Part shown: one piece after another, positions 14,461 through 29,000 of the stretch
Position numbering within the stretch: the stretch's first letter is position 1
How the letters are laid out: each line of letters begins with the position of its first letter
Assembly: GCF_037042905.1 (NCBI RefSeq)
Contig: NC_087245.1
Location: forward strand, 17,114,001-17,178,000
Direction of reading: 5' to 3'
Length of the DNA stretch: 64,000 nucleotides
From: Lytechinus pictus
Lineage: Eukaryota
Program-made: the position numbers and the translations under genes
Notes under the pieces: generated by a model
Databases searched by the model: none
Seen by the model: only the letters and a program-made list of their open reading frames with translations
What the model was told of the DNA's origin: nothing

Positions 14461-17052
14461 GCCTGCCATCATAACATGATCGTAGATCTATGTAATCATA
14501 GGAATTACAAGGTTGGTAAATTAAATAATTCCAAGCCAAGCTAATTTGCAACGTCAAATTTAAGTTGTGGCGTGCGCCTTTTTTTCACTTTCATGTGAAG
14601 TTACAAACCGATTCAGAGATCTGTGCTTCGAACATATGGGTTCGAGCCTCGGGTCACTATTTTCGATGGCGATCCCAAACGTTATAAATGCAGATGGACT
14701 TAATGCCCGTTCGTACTCTCACACACGCAAACAAAAGTGAACAATAAATCAGAAATATGACCCCAACAAATAAAAATTAAAACCTAATGCCTTCTCAGAT
14801 GGGAATCCCATATTAACATCGTGATAAAAATAGTATAGACTATATTTGTTTCTTAATGAATATGATCCCTTTTATTAATTAATGGTACAAAGGAAGATGA
14901 GCTAGAAGTAAAAATAAGCAAAACTACTTGTGGCTGTCATAAAGAGGAAATTGGTGGGGGGCGAATGAAGGAGCGATTTGATTTTGAAAAACAAGGCACG
15001 CTAACAAGTGTACATACCCACTGTAGTTTGATCATCTCTTTGATGCCAATGGTGATGTAAGGTTAATTAACTGTGACATGAATAAACACATTTCGTAACA
15101 AGCAGTCGTAATCTAATTTAATGTTCATCCTCTCTGAAGTGCCTGAAATTTCTCTACGTACATACCACCTGTTCATCATCCCTCATGCATATGCATATAT
15201 ACCATCCTGATCATGGACCGACTGTACACAACGCACACCTATCCCACACACCTTCAATTCTGTCACAACAAGATATATGGGAAATAGTCCTTCCATCTTT
15301 TCACTTTGGAAAAATGAGTTACCTCAATATCAAAGAAAATACAGAGCAAAAAAAGGAAGGGGAATACTCGTTTACCAGTCCGAGAATTCATCACCTTAAA
15401 ATATCATTGTAAAGATATAGAAAGTGTGATGGATTATTGTAGTAACGTACATTCGTTTTCTTTTTCTTACTGCACCCCTATCGTTGATAGCGAGTTATAC
15501 AGTCTTCCATTTGTGATGTGCTCTGAAGAGAACATTGACGAGAGGGGAAAAAAAATCGATTTACATGACTGTTTCTATTCTGTCTTTTAAGGTGTACATT
15601 CATTAGTGTACTCCTGGTTTAAATCCATGCAGTTGTATTCATGTGTAACATCTTCGGCTTCAATGTTCTTACGCTACAATTACCAATGATGACGAAGCTA
15701 TGATTTACTTTGATCATACTGATTGAGAACTATGTTTAAGATTCAAACATACGAACGCATTGAATTCTTCGTCTATTTCGTATTATTAATTTTGTTTCTT
15801 CCCATCGATCGATTATCGGCCCAAAATATCTGGCTTTACGCAGAGACACAGAAGAGGGAAGAAAAACTCTACCCCCTATAAAGTAAAGCGAGTGAGCGAA
15901 ATGGCGGAGCTTATCTTTTTTGGTATCGTTTTGTTGTAATTTTAGATCTAATAATCTGGTGTTCCCTGGGTACATTTCGCTTAAAATTTGCAATAATTAT
16001 AGTTATCTTAGCTATTGTGCGCTTGAGACTTGAAGTTTGAAGAATAATAGGGGCAACTACCCACCACCCCCCCTCATGTTCAAGCGTGTTGATGCAGCGA
16101 TTGGGTTAGGACGTGACTCTTCTCCTTGAAAGTTACCACACATTCCGTTCTTCCAACCACTTGACCATTGTTCTTTCTCTTGGTCAAATTCGGACAGATA
16201 ATCGAAATCAATTAAACATGGCGTAAGTGCGGAACATCCCTGTAATTCGTGTTGCTTTAAAACGGTGGAGGTGGTAAAACACCAAATAGAAATTCTCATA
16301 TAATGATAGGATATCTTGTCTATATTATAGTCCTCATATTCTGTATTTTGCCAGGCTTCACTTTTAGAAATATGCCTACATGTAGGTCTGCTTGGCTACA
16401 AAGTGTCTAGTTTTAGAAAGCCATTATACTTTCTACCAACTTTGAATATCTTATGTAAATATGCCATCATTGTTGTTTAAGGGTGACAATATTTAAGTTT
16501 AAAACGAAACTGATAGTATCGCTACTTTTATTCAAGGTGTAGTGTAAGTTTCCACTTTCGGCATCATCGACACGATTTGAACTAACAACTTTCAATGTAA
16601 CCAGTTCAACACTTGTTGGCCTGAAAGGGGACATGTTGACCGACTAAATCGCATAAATATCACAATTTTCACCCGTTTTTTTCACTTCCCCTTTTTGGAC
16701 ACTGTTGAAAGTCTGATACAAGCAATAGTGTGGATGTCATGTCCCCAGAGGACACAAGTCAGAGCCCACCTATGGTCTTGTATATCTTCATTGTGATGGT
16801 ACATAACAAACAAGAATGATGCCTTTTCATTTCAACACGGTTGTTCAAACTCCCCCTTAGGCAGCCGCTATTCACTGCTATTGAATAGTGTTTGAATGCA
16901 ATTATTATGTTCTATAAATTTACTTCAGCCCAGACTCGACAGCACGTACCTACGCAGTAGGATATATGGCCTTCTAAGGTTTTAAACTCCCGTAAGCTTT
17001 GTAAAATTGGTTTTTAATTTTTCTCCTTTTCTCTGTTTGTTTCTTCTTACAG

Positions 17053-18151
17053 AGGACGGCAAATGCAGTTCGCGCCATCGGGCGTATGAATGCTCTTCGC
17101 TTGGTTTCTCAACGGAGAGCAAGCAAATCGAACGGTAGTCCATCAAGCGAGAAGACCCCAACATCACCATCTCCATCAGGTAGCAGTATCAGCTCTCCCG
17201 TGGAGCAGCCTACGGATGGGCAGGGCAGTGAGCGTACCCCTAACGCCGAATTGAAGAGAAAAGAAAAGGCAGAGATCGATAAAAGTATTGATCAGGAAAG
17301 TAGTGCAACCAATACCAGTACAGTGCCTTCTATTGAAGTAGAGACTCCGGTGAATACACAGAGTAATAGGGATAGTTATGTGAAACCTGATACGAATGGT
17401 AGAGCCTTGTCCTTTACTTTAGACTCGGACGTGGAAAACGACAGTGGTCTTGATCTGTCCTTGGATCAGAACGCTCTAGGAAAGCGCAGCGCGAGATCAT
17501 CCCAGAATTCAGTCAGCGAAGGAAGGGACGAACTGCCCAGTGACTTGAGTCTTAAAACCGACGGTGTTAATAATAATACACGTGATCAGAGTTTAAGCCT
17601 TGATAAGGATGGTCAGCAGCGTAATTCCGTGATCGACACTAATTCCGTGACATCATCCTCGGCTGATAAGAGTGATATCAGCCTGTTGTCTGATGCGAGT
17701 GAAGATACCAGCGATCCCGGAGTAAACATGGACCGATACCTCTACGATCCCAACAAGGGGGTGAAGAATCAGGCTGCGAGGTGGGAGGTGCGTACCAATA
17801 GTCCAGATAGGAAGTCCACCAAGAACAAGGCAGGTGGTGGTGGTGGTGGACAGTCACCCCCGCAGCAAGCACCGGTCTTCAGGCAGAAGTTCCGACACTG
17901 TGAGGTGATCGCAGGATCAGTGGCATGCTTCGAGTGCTGTGTGGATGGCAACCCTAGCCCTGATATCATCTGGTATAAGAACGGTAAGAGGGTCCAGGAG
18001 AACGAGAGGTACAGGATCATGAAGGGCGGTGAGGATATCCATTCTCTGGTGGTCAAGGATGTCACCAAGGATGACCAAGGCACCTACATGTGTGAAGCAA
18101 GGAGCCCGGCCGGAAAGGCCCGCTGTAGCGCCAGACTAGTGGTGCAGCAAC
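17053..18151 (+). CDS. Exon: CaM-binding half-motif RTANAVRAIGRM, Ser/Asp-rich linker, Ig domain 1 (APVFRQK...CSARLVVQ)
   Basis: Long polypyrimidine tract ending ttcttacAG at 17051-52, in frame with ORF 17086 (phase 0). Donor C|GTAAGT at 18152 (phase 1). I-set signature C..W..D.G.Y.C. Confidence 0.93.
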
Positions 18152-21100
18152 GTAAGTATTCATTTATCATTATGTTATGATATTTAGATAAGCCACGTGG
18201 TCATTGAAATTTCAATCCAAACATGGAGCTTCGTATGTTTTGGAGGTGTAACACATTATAATTATTGTCAGAAGAAAGGGATCACATTTTTACGCACTTC
18301 TTTTGAGAACAATTTCATGAAACACCCCTAATGATAATGTGTACTTTATTGTTTGATCAATAACAACACGAAATCCATACATGCACATGAAAATTCAAAC
18401 TTTAAACTATAAGTACTGGGATGACCTGCGTAGTGTATTTCGTAGGCCTCGGAGCATGAATTGTAAGACCAAGGATGTATCAGATGAAGTGACACCTCTT
18501 TGCCCTTTGGTGGGACTAGGAAGAAGGGGACAGGCAATGCTTGCTACTATTGGGTACATTCACCATTACCAGACATGGCACTTGTCTTGATCACATCTTA
18601 GAAAGGAAAGTAAACAAGTGCAACACTGCCTGATGTTTATGTGGTGTAGCGCGCGAGAAGTGATCTATCAATATTTGATCAGCGAACTGGGACAAAACCG
18701 AAGAGGAAAAGTCCTCAAGTCCTAAAGAGATCAAGCTTCCGTATCGGCCGCATTAAACACGTTCCTAAATATGTTTCCATGAGACAACAAACATACAAAC
18801 ACATAATCAGATAGGTAGGACTATGAGAATGTCATTGGACATTTTCTTTTGGGTAGTCTATTTTTACAATTCACAATACACCATGAATGCAATTAAGAAG
18901 CTTTAGAATGGCTTCCTGATGCATCCAGGGAATTTTTCATCAACACATGCTGGCTGACAGGTTGTCAGATCTGACAACTTTCCTTAATTTTGATTGGCTG
19001 AGAAGCACTGATACTATAGTAAATGTCGAATAAAACGTCTGACAAGTTTCATGATATGCTCTCAAGGAGTCCCGTGTTATTTGGACTTGGCAGACCTTGT
19101 CAGTATTTTTATTTTAGGTGCTCATATTCGATAGTCCATGGGATGTTTCATATAGATTTTCGCATAGTTACCAATTAATATATAAATTATTCTATTATGA
19201 ACCGCTAAAAGGGCGAGCACAATATATATTTTTTCTTGATGGCTACGACTGTATTATGAATATTTCGACTACATTACAAAAACAAATATTAAGATTGTAT
19301 TACAAAATTATTGTTTCGTTTAAATTGAGGGAAGTAATATTTACCTTGAAATGTGACTTATTGGATAAGATCGTAAGGAAAAACTGTATACTTCACTCTA
19401 CCCAATACAATAAGAAATTTTTTAGACACATTTAACTTGCCACGTTCAAGTCATCTTAGTATAATTTTCCGAACAGCTATAAATATGAAAGACTCCCAGA
19501 ATGCAATGATTTTTTATATTCTCGAGTATAATAAAGTTTTGAATGAAGTCATTGACCTCTACCGTCATTGGATGTTGAACCCGACTACCATCTACCAACA
19601 TGACGACTGAATGACATCCAAAGCTTTGCCAATTGTTCTTTGCCAGAAATACCAACTTTACCAGAGCCTGAAAGATTGTAATGTATACACCAATATGAGA
19701 AACTGGTGATGTTGGTCTCCTGAAAGATGTTTGGATTCGATTTCAGATCATTGTTGAAGCATGCCTACGTGATATGGTCACGTGACAGAGCTCAGCTACC
19801 ATTCACTGCATTCCTCAAGAGCTCTAAAATTCAAGCCTTTTAAATTTGGTGAAGAATAGGTATACATTTCACAGTGGCATGCTTATAAAATGACGCGAGT
19901 TCTTGCTCTTTTCTGTTTGAAAGATGATGAACTGCTAGGGAATTGCATTTCCCAGGTAGGCCTGTTACTGAAGACACTACTAAAGGCACAATGAGCAAAA
20001 CTTAAATTCGCTGCGAAAAGATGAAAAACAAGTATTATTTGAAAAAAAGGAAAAACGTTTATCAAATCCTTGAACTGCAATAGGCCAATCATTAGGACTA
20101 AACTTCTGTCACTTCTAAGATGGTTCTGATAGTCTTCCAGATGGCACACCAGATTACCAGAACTTTTCCAATTTACCCTAACTTGTGCCCAAACGAATGA
20201 ATTACCAGCATCCATTTTCATTCTTATTTGCCCAAGATGATTGAGTACATTAGCGCAACACAGATGCTCAAATTCAGATAAGATAAAGTTTGATTCAAAG
20301 CTAGAGGAGTAACCATGGCTATCCACCTCTTTCGGAACTTTCCCTTTTCAAGGTTGTGATGCCTCGGTAAATTCCATCCCGAATGCATCTTTCGACTCTT
20401 GCGTTTGACCTTCAGTGGCGTCTTGACCTTGTAAATGAAGGTCATTCTCCATCACTCGTTCTCTCTCCCTCTCTCCCTCTCTCACCCCACCCCTCCCCCC
20501 TCTCTCTCTCTTCCTCCCTCTCATCTTTATATTTCTATTCATCACTCTATCGTGAACTCGCAGATTAACTTTGATAAACCAGAAACTACTTTCCCAACCG
20601 TAAAATGTACTACCCCTAACCTAATAACACCATTGCATTCAGTCAGCTGAACCGAAACTGTAATCTGAATAAGATCGATAAATGTGGATCCTCCTTGCCA
20701 ATGGGGGTCGGAATGAAAGAAATGGCCACTCAGGCAGTCAGAAACCTTCATTACAAATGGTTAGTCCAATCAATTAGAGAAACAAGGTATTGTTGATATC
20801 TTTTCATCTCAATTTAAAGGGGTGTTTACTCTGAAAGAAGATGCAATTTTGCTAACAGAGTTCTGTGGCCAGTACAATGAGCCAGGTTGTGTTGTGTTTG
20901 TATGTTTTTCTCACTCACATTGCCTTCCATCAATACACTGCTTTTATATGACGAGCTGAAACTTCTTTTCTTTCTCACAAGATACAGCTGCTTGATGTGA
21001 CTGAAGGTCCAAGTGCTTTGGGAAATAAAGCTGAAATTACGTGGCCGTCACAACATGATGTGTAAATTTATAGGGTACCCCCCCCCCCCCGATGGAGGGG

Positions 21101-24100
21101 GGGGGGGGTTGTAGTTTGCGCGCTGTGTGCAAACCATTTCAACTGGCAGCTACTTTTCCCACAGCTCAACATAAAGGTGGGCGCACGCAAGTCGCAGGAT
21201 TCAACCAACCAAGGGGGTGGGGTTGGGAAAAAATCTGATGACTTTTGTGAGTCTTCCTCTGGGAATTGTAGCGTCCCACTCACAAGGACCAAACAACACT
21301 ACATTGGGCGTGCCTTGAAAATTACATTATCGTTATATCATTATGGCAGCAGAATGCTACTTGCTTGCAAATCTAGGTTATTATTTTCCAAGTTTATAAT
21401 AAATCCTGGAATTCTATTTACAGATAGTACATTGGATTGGTTAATAACAAGGTTTCTGTGACCATTATTTAGCGTGATGATATCATCACCTGGGCCAGTT
21501 TACACATGATTACCATAGTGAGGTTCCACAACTTCCAGATAATTTTTTTTATCAACTTAATTTCTTCCATTTAATTTACAGTCGATTGATAACACATTAT
21601 AAACAGCCGACCTATTCTGATACCATGTATTCTTCACAAAGTGGGCGGGGCCGTAGTGTTGAGAAACTTGAAGCTTTAGGTCAACATGACCTGTACTATT
21701 TTAGATAACGTTCAACGTCGCTTTGACAGACCTTGAGTCTTTCACGATTAATGTCTTATAGTTGTGAAAAATCAATAAAGACTCACCATTCTCAAACTTT
21801 GTTTGATATTGTTCAATTATTTTAAAGTGTAGAGGTAAATTACAGGCCTTTTTTCATGCTCCAGAACTATTTTCTTCTGTAATGTAATTGATATGATTTT
21901 CGTTTTGATGATCGTTCATTAATCGTTTTAGTTGTACTTAGTTACGAATTTCGTTCCTAGTGATTGTTTATGCCGTTCAAACTGCTATTCATATATCGAT
22001 TTAGTAGTAAAGGCAGTATTAGTTATTGCTTATTAGTGTTTGTTATCATCATTACTGTACTATTATACATTTTTTTAAATTCTTATTTGATTTTGAAGTA
22101 CCCATTGAAAAAAGATACAACATTTTATTTTTCTCATTGCCTATTCCGTATAAAAGATCCACGAACAGATATTTATGTCACAGAGCATTATATTTTGTTT
22201 TACTTGCATCACTCTACAAAATAAACGTGATTAATCATTTGGGCAAGCATAGATAAAGAAGAACAAATATCTGGAAGCAGTTTGAAGAGTTTTTTTTAAA
22301 CCAAGAATGAAAACAATCCACATACATTCTAAAGTTATACAACTTCAAAGATCTTCCTTCAACAAGAACTAGTTCAATGTTCATTTTGGGGAAGTTTTCT
22401 GTTTACTTGACTGTTGGCTACTTTGCTTGCAAATATAATTTTTTGTTTCGTCGGTATTGTTTGCGTGGTCAGTTTACAGTTATATCACTTTATACCTATA
22501 TCGGGTGTTGTGTGACAGTGCTAAATCAGCCGTCGTGTTCCAGTAGTTTGGTGTCGTAATCGCACGGTGTAATCCGTTTCAGTTTTTCTACATTTTACAT
22601 TGGTTATCTGTTTACAGTAGTTATGTTCCTCGGAAGGTTTTATACAAGAAAGATATATTTTGCCATTTTTAGCTCATTAGTTTGACCTGTATTTTGAATC
22701 AACAAATGGGCTCTCTACGACAAAGTGGATGTTAATTAGCCATGTAAACAAGTTAAATGCTCCCATTTCATCACTGGTTCTCATTGTAACGTTTGAGCTG
22801 TTATAAGGGTTCATGTCACCAGCCCGTGTAACAACTTTTTATTATTCCCCTTTCATAATCCCTTTTCTAAGCGCTCAAGGATATCACGAGGGAGTAGGTC
22901 TCCTTTTGTAAGTTTTGTATGTTTGAATGAACAATACTGGATTTGGTCATCAACAAATTTAGATACTGTTCCCTTGTGTATTATTTAAATAGTTATAGCT
23001 TTCGATAATTGCGACCATTAAAAAATTTAAGACTGAAATCAAAAAGTATTTCTTCATAAATCATGTCAAATAAAACTTCAATATACTGGACAACATTGGA
23101 CGTAATGGTCATAATTGCCACATTTTTATTATAGCTATGACAGCTTTTAGATATTAAATGCATGAAAATGACATTTGCTTATATTCCTTGCATTGTATAT
23201 TTGTCTTGTATCATTTTGTACTTCTTGTTATGAACAAAATGCTGGCAATTGCCAGTGAAGTTCTAATAAATTCAATTCAATTCATATCAGGCCTGCTGGT
23301 TGCTGCTTTATAATTGAAAATTTCTTCCAATAACGTGGTTCTGATTAGAGTTGTTAGTGACTTTTGAACAAAAAAAGTGAAAATTATGTATCTGCCCAGT
23401 TCAGAGACATTTTCCCCTTTATTTGACGAACGAATCTCTTCTGATTCGAAATAAGTCCTTGGTTTGTATAACGCAGGCTTTACCCCCATCAGGCCTATAA
23501 TCCCTTTATTACACGTTTATAGTCATTCACTGGTATAAAATACATCTTTGTTAAAATAAAATATTGTTGAACACTGATCTCTCTAGATGAAGATTAGAAG
23601 GTGATTTTAAACGTCCCCTTTGGGTTATAAAACCATTCAGTTTGATTCAATTGCTAGGCATTCAAACTCTTAAAGAGCAGAGGATCTTTTATTCTTCATC
23701 GTCATTAAAACGGCAATCTGTCATATTTTAATCTTGTTTCCTGCATCACATCCACAATCATAGCTCTTGTCTGAAGGACTATTTCGTTTGATACCTATTT
23801 TCAACAATGCCTTTAAATTGTAAAATTGGTGCGCGACAACGCAGTAACTTTCTGTCTATTTCCAGCTTTCAGTGCGGTACAATAGGTATGAGACATTGTC
23901 TGGCCGAAGGCTGGCGACCTCCATTAATTCATATCATCAATACACCTGTATGTAATCATATTATAAATGGAATGTGAATTTGATCTAAAGTGTGATAAAT
24001 GAGTACCTGATATTGGGCATTGTACAATAATGGATGAGTACACTTAGATTTTTCTTACTATAAAGAATAATTATTCTTTTCCTGAAGCAATGCTCAGAAT

Positions 24101-26053
24101 GATTGCACATGCAATAAGCCGCCTTGTCGAGGTTAATTTTGTTTGAATTTAAATTGAATGAGTTGTGGTGTCGTGGTTTGCTTGCTGGGTTCTTAATATG
24201 GAGGTTTTGGGTTTAGAATCTAAGTGCGAAACTGACGGAATTTGACGCGGAATAGAAGAGGACTCAAAATGGAAAAAAAACAGGTGATTTGCAATTTCAT
24301 GAATTTTGGTAACATTTTGACCATGAGAATAGCTTCGATGCTATGTTTCATGTTTAGACGGCTTGAATTTAACTTGCATGTTAAGTTCATGAAATTATTA
24401 AAGGTCGAGTCCACTCCAGAAAAATCTTGATTTGAATAATGGAGAAAAATCAAGCAGGAATAACGCTAAAAATTTGATCAAAATCTGATGTAAAATAAGA
24501 ATGCTATGACAATTTAAAGTTTCACTTATTTTTTCACAAAGCAGTTAAATTCACAACTAGGTGATATGCAAATGAGTAAGTTGATGATGCCCCCCATTCA
24601 CTGTTTCTTTTGTTTTTTATTGTTTGAATTATAATTTTTTTTTACAGATTTGACAATAAGGACCTTCTTGATTAAACCACAAAATGTTAAACAATGCTAA
24701 TTCCACATGTTTAGGGAGGAATAAAACTTTTTTCACATGACAATGAGGAGAAAATTGAAATATTCATTATTTCCATTTAATGAAAACCAAAACAAATCGG
24801 TGAGTGAGTAATGTCATCAGTCCCGGCCCTCATTTGCATACGAAACAGAATGTGCATATAACTGTCTTGTGAAATAAAGGGAAACTTTAAAATGTCATAA
24901 CTTTCTTATTTTACATCCGATTTTGATGAAATTGTCAATGTATTTCTTGTTGTATATTTCTTTTTCTATTCAAATCAACTATTTGTTGGGGGTGGACTTG
25001 TTCTTTAAGTAGAACTATTAACTTTGAAGTTAACATAATTGCATCAGGCTATACAAATGTTCTTTGCGTTGAATCATCGGTGTGTTGAAAAAGATCATTT
25101 TTGGAAAGTCCTCAATTATTGTCGCAAATGCAATTCAATCATTACTTGCACATATTATTTAATGTGTATTCACTTTGAATTTTCACATGAGGGCAAGAAA
25201 TATTGAATTTCTCTAAACTTTACAATGCTATTCGTGCTTATAGATATTTGAACATCTATTGCGAGGCAGTTTTCTGTTACCATGGTTACAGTTTAACCAT
25301 GAAAGTGGTCTAACCGCCCAACTTCATTTGGTGTATTAAAAATATTGGGGCATTTCTCCAATGGTATAGGCTAAACTAAACTTGTTGATATCATTAAAAT
25401 ACCATAAAAGAGATAATGAGAATCGCGGGTATTGAAGTAAGTAATTACTGTTGTTATCGTTTCTCTTGTTGCACACTACCCCCCCCCCTCTCTTATAACC
25501 TTTCCAGCTCTGTATCTTTGATCAACAACAAATAAATCGTTAGATCAATAATTGAGCTTTGCAATGGAATGCAGAACCATTGTACCCATCTATCCTATTA
25601 GCCATGACCAAAGGATAAGGTTATGAACGCACTTAAAGAGCCCGTATTCATTCATTTCTTTGCCAAAAGTTTTGAAACTTTCGGGGGGGGGCTGTAAAGT
25701 CTCTGGTGTACTGGATTCAACACTCTAACTTGCATGTAGGGGCCGCGGAACGGTTTTCAAATGGGGGGGCTGACCATGCAAAAAATCACAATCCTATGGT
25801 CATTTTTACGTTTTTGTACACGGTTTTGGAAAAAAGTGAGGGGGGGGGGGGGCTAAGCCCCCCGCTTCCGCGGCCCCTGCTCGGATATAATACGAGAAAC
25901 ATAAACTAAACTCAACATCGAATTTATTAGGGACCAATCGATCGAATTCCGTATTTTATTCTAATCCTAAAGCGGTATTTCAGATCTCAAAAGATTTTAA
26001 TTCAAGAATCTTTAGGATAAATTTAGTCCCTAACTCCAGTCGATCTGAATTTA

Positions 26054-26098
<45 letters not shown>

Positions 26099-29000
26099 AA
26101 AGTGTATGATTCCAAATTGAAGAGAAACAAAGATGTAATTTTGAAAATGCTTATAATTAAGATGTTATATGGTATAATTGCTATACTTCTATTATCTAAT
26201 GGTGATAACAATAATAATAATAATAATGATAATAACAACAACAACAACAACAATAACTATAATAATATTAATAATAAAAATAAATAATAATAATATTATT
26301 AATGATAAATCCCGATAAGAATAATCCAGAAAAGGGTGACGAGGGGGGGGGGGGGCTTTGAGGGCACAACCAATAATCAATACCAGCTAACCTGATAATT
26401 GTGGAAGAGTATTCCCTCCCCATTTTATGATCAATACCAAGTGGGCAATCCATTATTGGAGGGTATCATGGGTCATTATGTGGTTTTACCTGTACTCTTA
26501 TCCCCCGTTATCTGTTGCTCCTATAAAGTGATCTTGTTTATCTAACAGAATTAAGATGGATCCGTTATGTGGTATTAAGATCTTTAGTCACAAATAGAGC
26601 CGATATCCCCTGTGATATGGATGTGACCTGGATGGTTATGTGTATACAATGTGCTGATTGCTGAGAAACATGAATTGCGTTCGTCCTTCGAGCACAGACA
26701 CTCTGTGGATACATGTCTTAATTTCATATGTTTGTGCATGTACATTGTCCATGCTGAACTGCATTTGGTAGTAAATATAGAGGACCTAAAACACAGGTTT
26801 GGAGACAAGATTGATACATACATGTATTTTGTTCGCAATAATACATGTGCCCATATATTTTTAAATGAAAGAACTAATGGAGACGATGATAACAATAAAA
26901 AAAAACATACATTTCACAGGTGCATCGTTATACAAAGAGTATTTTAGTTTTAATTTAATCTGGTTCTAAAATCATTGTCGACATTAATTTTGTGTACATT
27001 TGGTGACATTTGCTGCAACGTTGTCTCAGCAATCAACCCTCAAGAAATTACAGTATGAATGATTGCTTTACACTCGTTTCGAGGTCTGCTCGTCTTTGTG
27101 GTTGAGCGCCATCTTGTGACGCGAATAGGCACAGTGACAAGGACGTTTTACGGGAGGGGTTCGAAGGAATTGGGTCGCATTAATCAGTGGGATTAGTATG
27201 ATATGGATTAGATGGGAAGTCGTTCAGGAAAGAAGATCCAACCCTGAAGTCTGATTAGCCATATGACTGACAGACTGATGTCTACTTGGTAGAGAATTTA
27301 ACAGAGTCTCAAAGAAGGGCGTGAATGCTTGGCCCCTAATTATTTGAAGACGAAGATCACTGTGAATAAACTTTTTTTGTCAATCCCCCAAATCATCTCA
27401 TTAAAGAATAAATGTTCTACAATTTACCCCGAGATGACAAATCGTTTCAATCTATTCTTATCATTTAGAGAACAGAACAGGAATCCCAGAGGGGGCAGAT
27501 TGACTGTAAAATTAACCTGAAACAGGTTATCCCTAAAAATTTTCATTTTTTCTTAGATGTTAGTTGTTACATTGAAATATTGTTATTATTCTTTGAGTCA
27601 ACGCGTATTATTTCATGTTGGTATAATGTATTTTTTAGAGAATACAATCAACAAACCACCAAAACGGGAGCTTTTAAAAAAATGTTTGATTTTGATCGGC
27701 AGATGGCGCCATGCTGGCCACCACAAGTTTACTTGCCTGCAGCCCAGGCTGAGGCCTGTAAGGAAAAAAAAGGAAATTAAAAATTCACCTCAACATATGA
27801 CAAGAGATGAATCGATATTCAATTGACATGCCATGTAGATGTGATTTTCAATCTTTATTAACCACTCTCCTGGAACCTGGTAATCCCTGTACAAAGCCTA
27901 TGAGAATCACATAATTCAGTAGTCTACAGCTTAAATCTTATGGCCTGTCCTGGGCCCCATTGCATAAAAGTTATTATCATAGTAACTTTGCCATCCAATG
28001 TTAACTTCCCGGAAATCATTGATTCATATTGGCTGATTAGCATTGTTACCATGGCAGTTTACCATTAGGTGGCAAAGTTTCTATAGAGTACGTTTCATCA
28101 TGAAAAGCCATGTTTATTTTTCAACTTTTGAAGTGTGGTATCATGAATATGATGGTGCAGAACCACCCCCCCCCCCCACTTCAACATTTTAGGCCATCAA
28201 ATTCATTACAGAAGTTATGTCGCAGATCTAGAGATGTCACTCCGAAGCGTCATTATTATCTTGTGTCTGAACTCACGGTCAGGGAGGGGATAGGTTGGCG
28301 TCATAATATAGTGCACTCATTAATTTATACCTAACATGGTTAACAAAACACACGTTGATTTTTTCTTCCTTTAAAAAAAAAGATAATATCGACGTGTGAC
28401 TTATTAGTCAACAGTCAACTGGCTTAATCAGCGATGGAATTAACACATTTCAAATGTTTGTTGTATAGACTCATTACTAGTGACCCCAGCTTGTCTAAGG
28501 AGGAAAAAGTCAAAGACTTGCTTTATTTTAAATGTTTCGTTTCCTTTTGGCACTATGTGTTAATCTAGGAGACTGACAGTTTTTTTTCTTATCAGCTTCA
28601 TTCATAACTCATGAATACTCACCTCAGCCTTCCCCCAATTCAACCTATTGTGAATAAATTTGTTATCCCAGAGGCATTTTGTTTTTGGTAAATCTGAAGA
28701 TTATTCCTTTACAAGGTTTGAATTCGTTGTTGGATGAAATAAAAAAAAGTTTACCATAATGTTGGGGAAGTCGATTATTGTGATAAAAATTACTTAGTGA
28801 ATGTATTGTTATAAAATGTCTGGATACTGACATCAAATGATAAAAAATCCCTGGATATAATCATTTTTGTAAGAAAAATAAAACAATAAAAAATATAATA
28901 AGGAAAGAAAGAATCCACATCACTTTTCATGAATAGAATTGTAAAGTTCAGGATATAATTCCATAACTTCATGAAAACGCAGTCGTTAGATATGTGAAAT

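Noticed and set aside
1..17052. Kinase-domain exons or an RRKWQ-type exon upstream of the CaM half-motif
   Set aside because: I found no kinase motifs (HLDLKPEN, DFG, APE) or a W-containing donor exon by eye. If present they lie outside the window; a small exon could have been missed.
19883..20326. 147-aa minus-strand ORF
   Set aside because: No recognisable domain, AT-rich intron-like composition and no splice context.
22440..22645. Possible first exon ATG TTC CTC GGA AG (phase 2, would fit 42922)
   Set aside because: The donor GTTTTA is very weak, with no other support.
24160..24225. Degenerate tRNA/SINE-like head (TGGTGTCGTGGTT...GGGTTTAGAATC)
   Set aside because: Too diverged and short to call.
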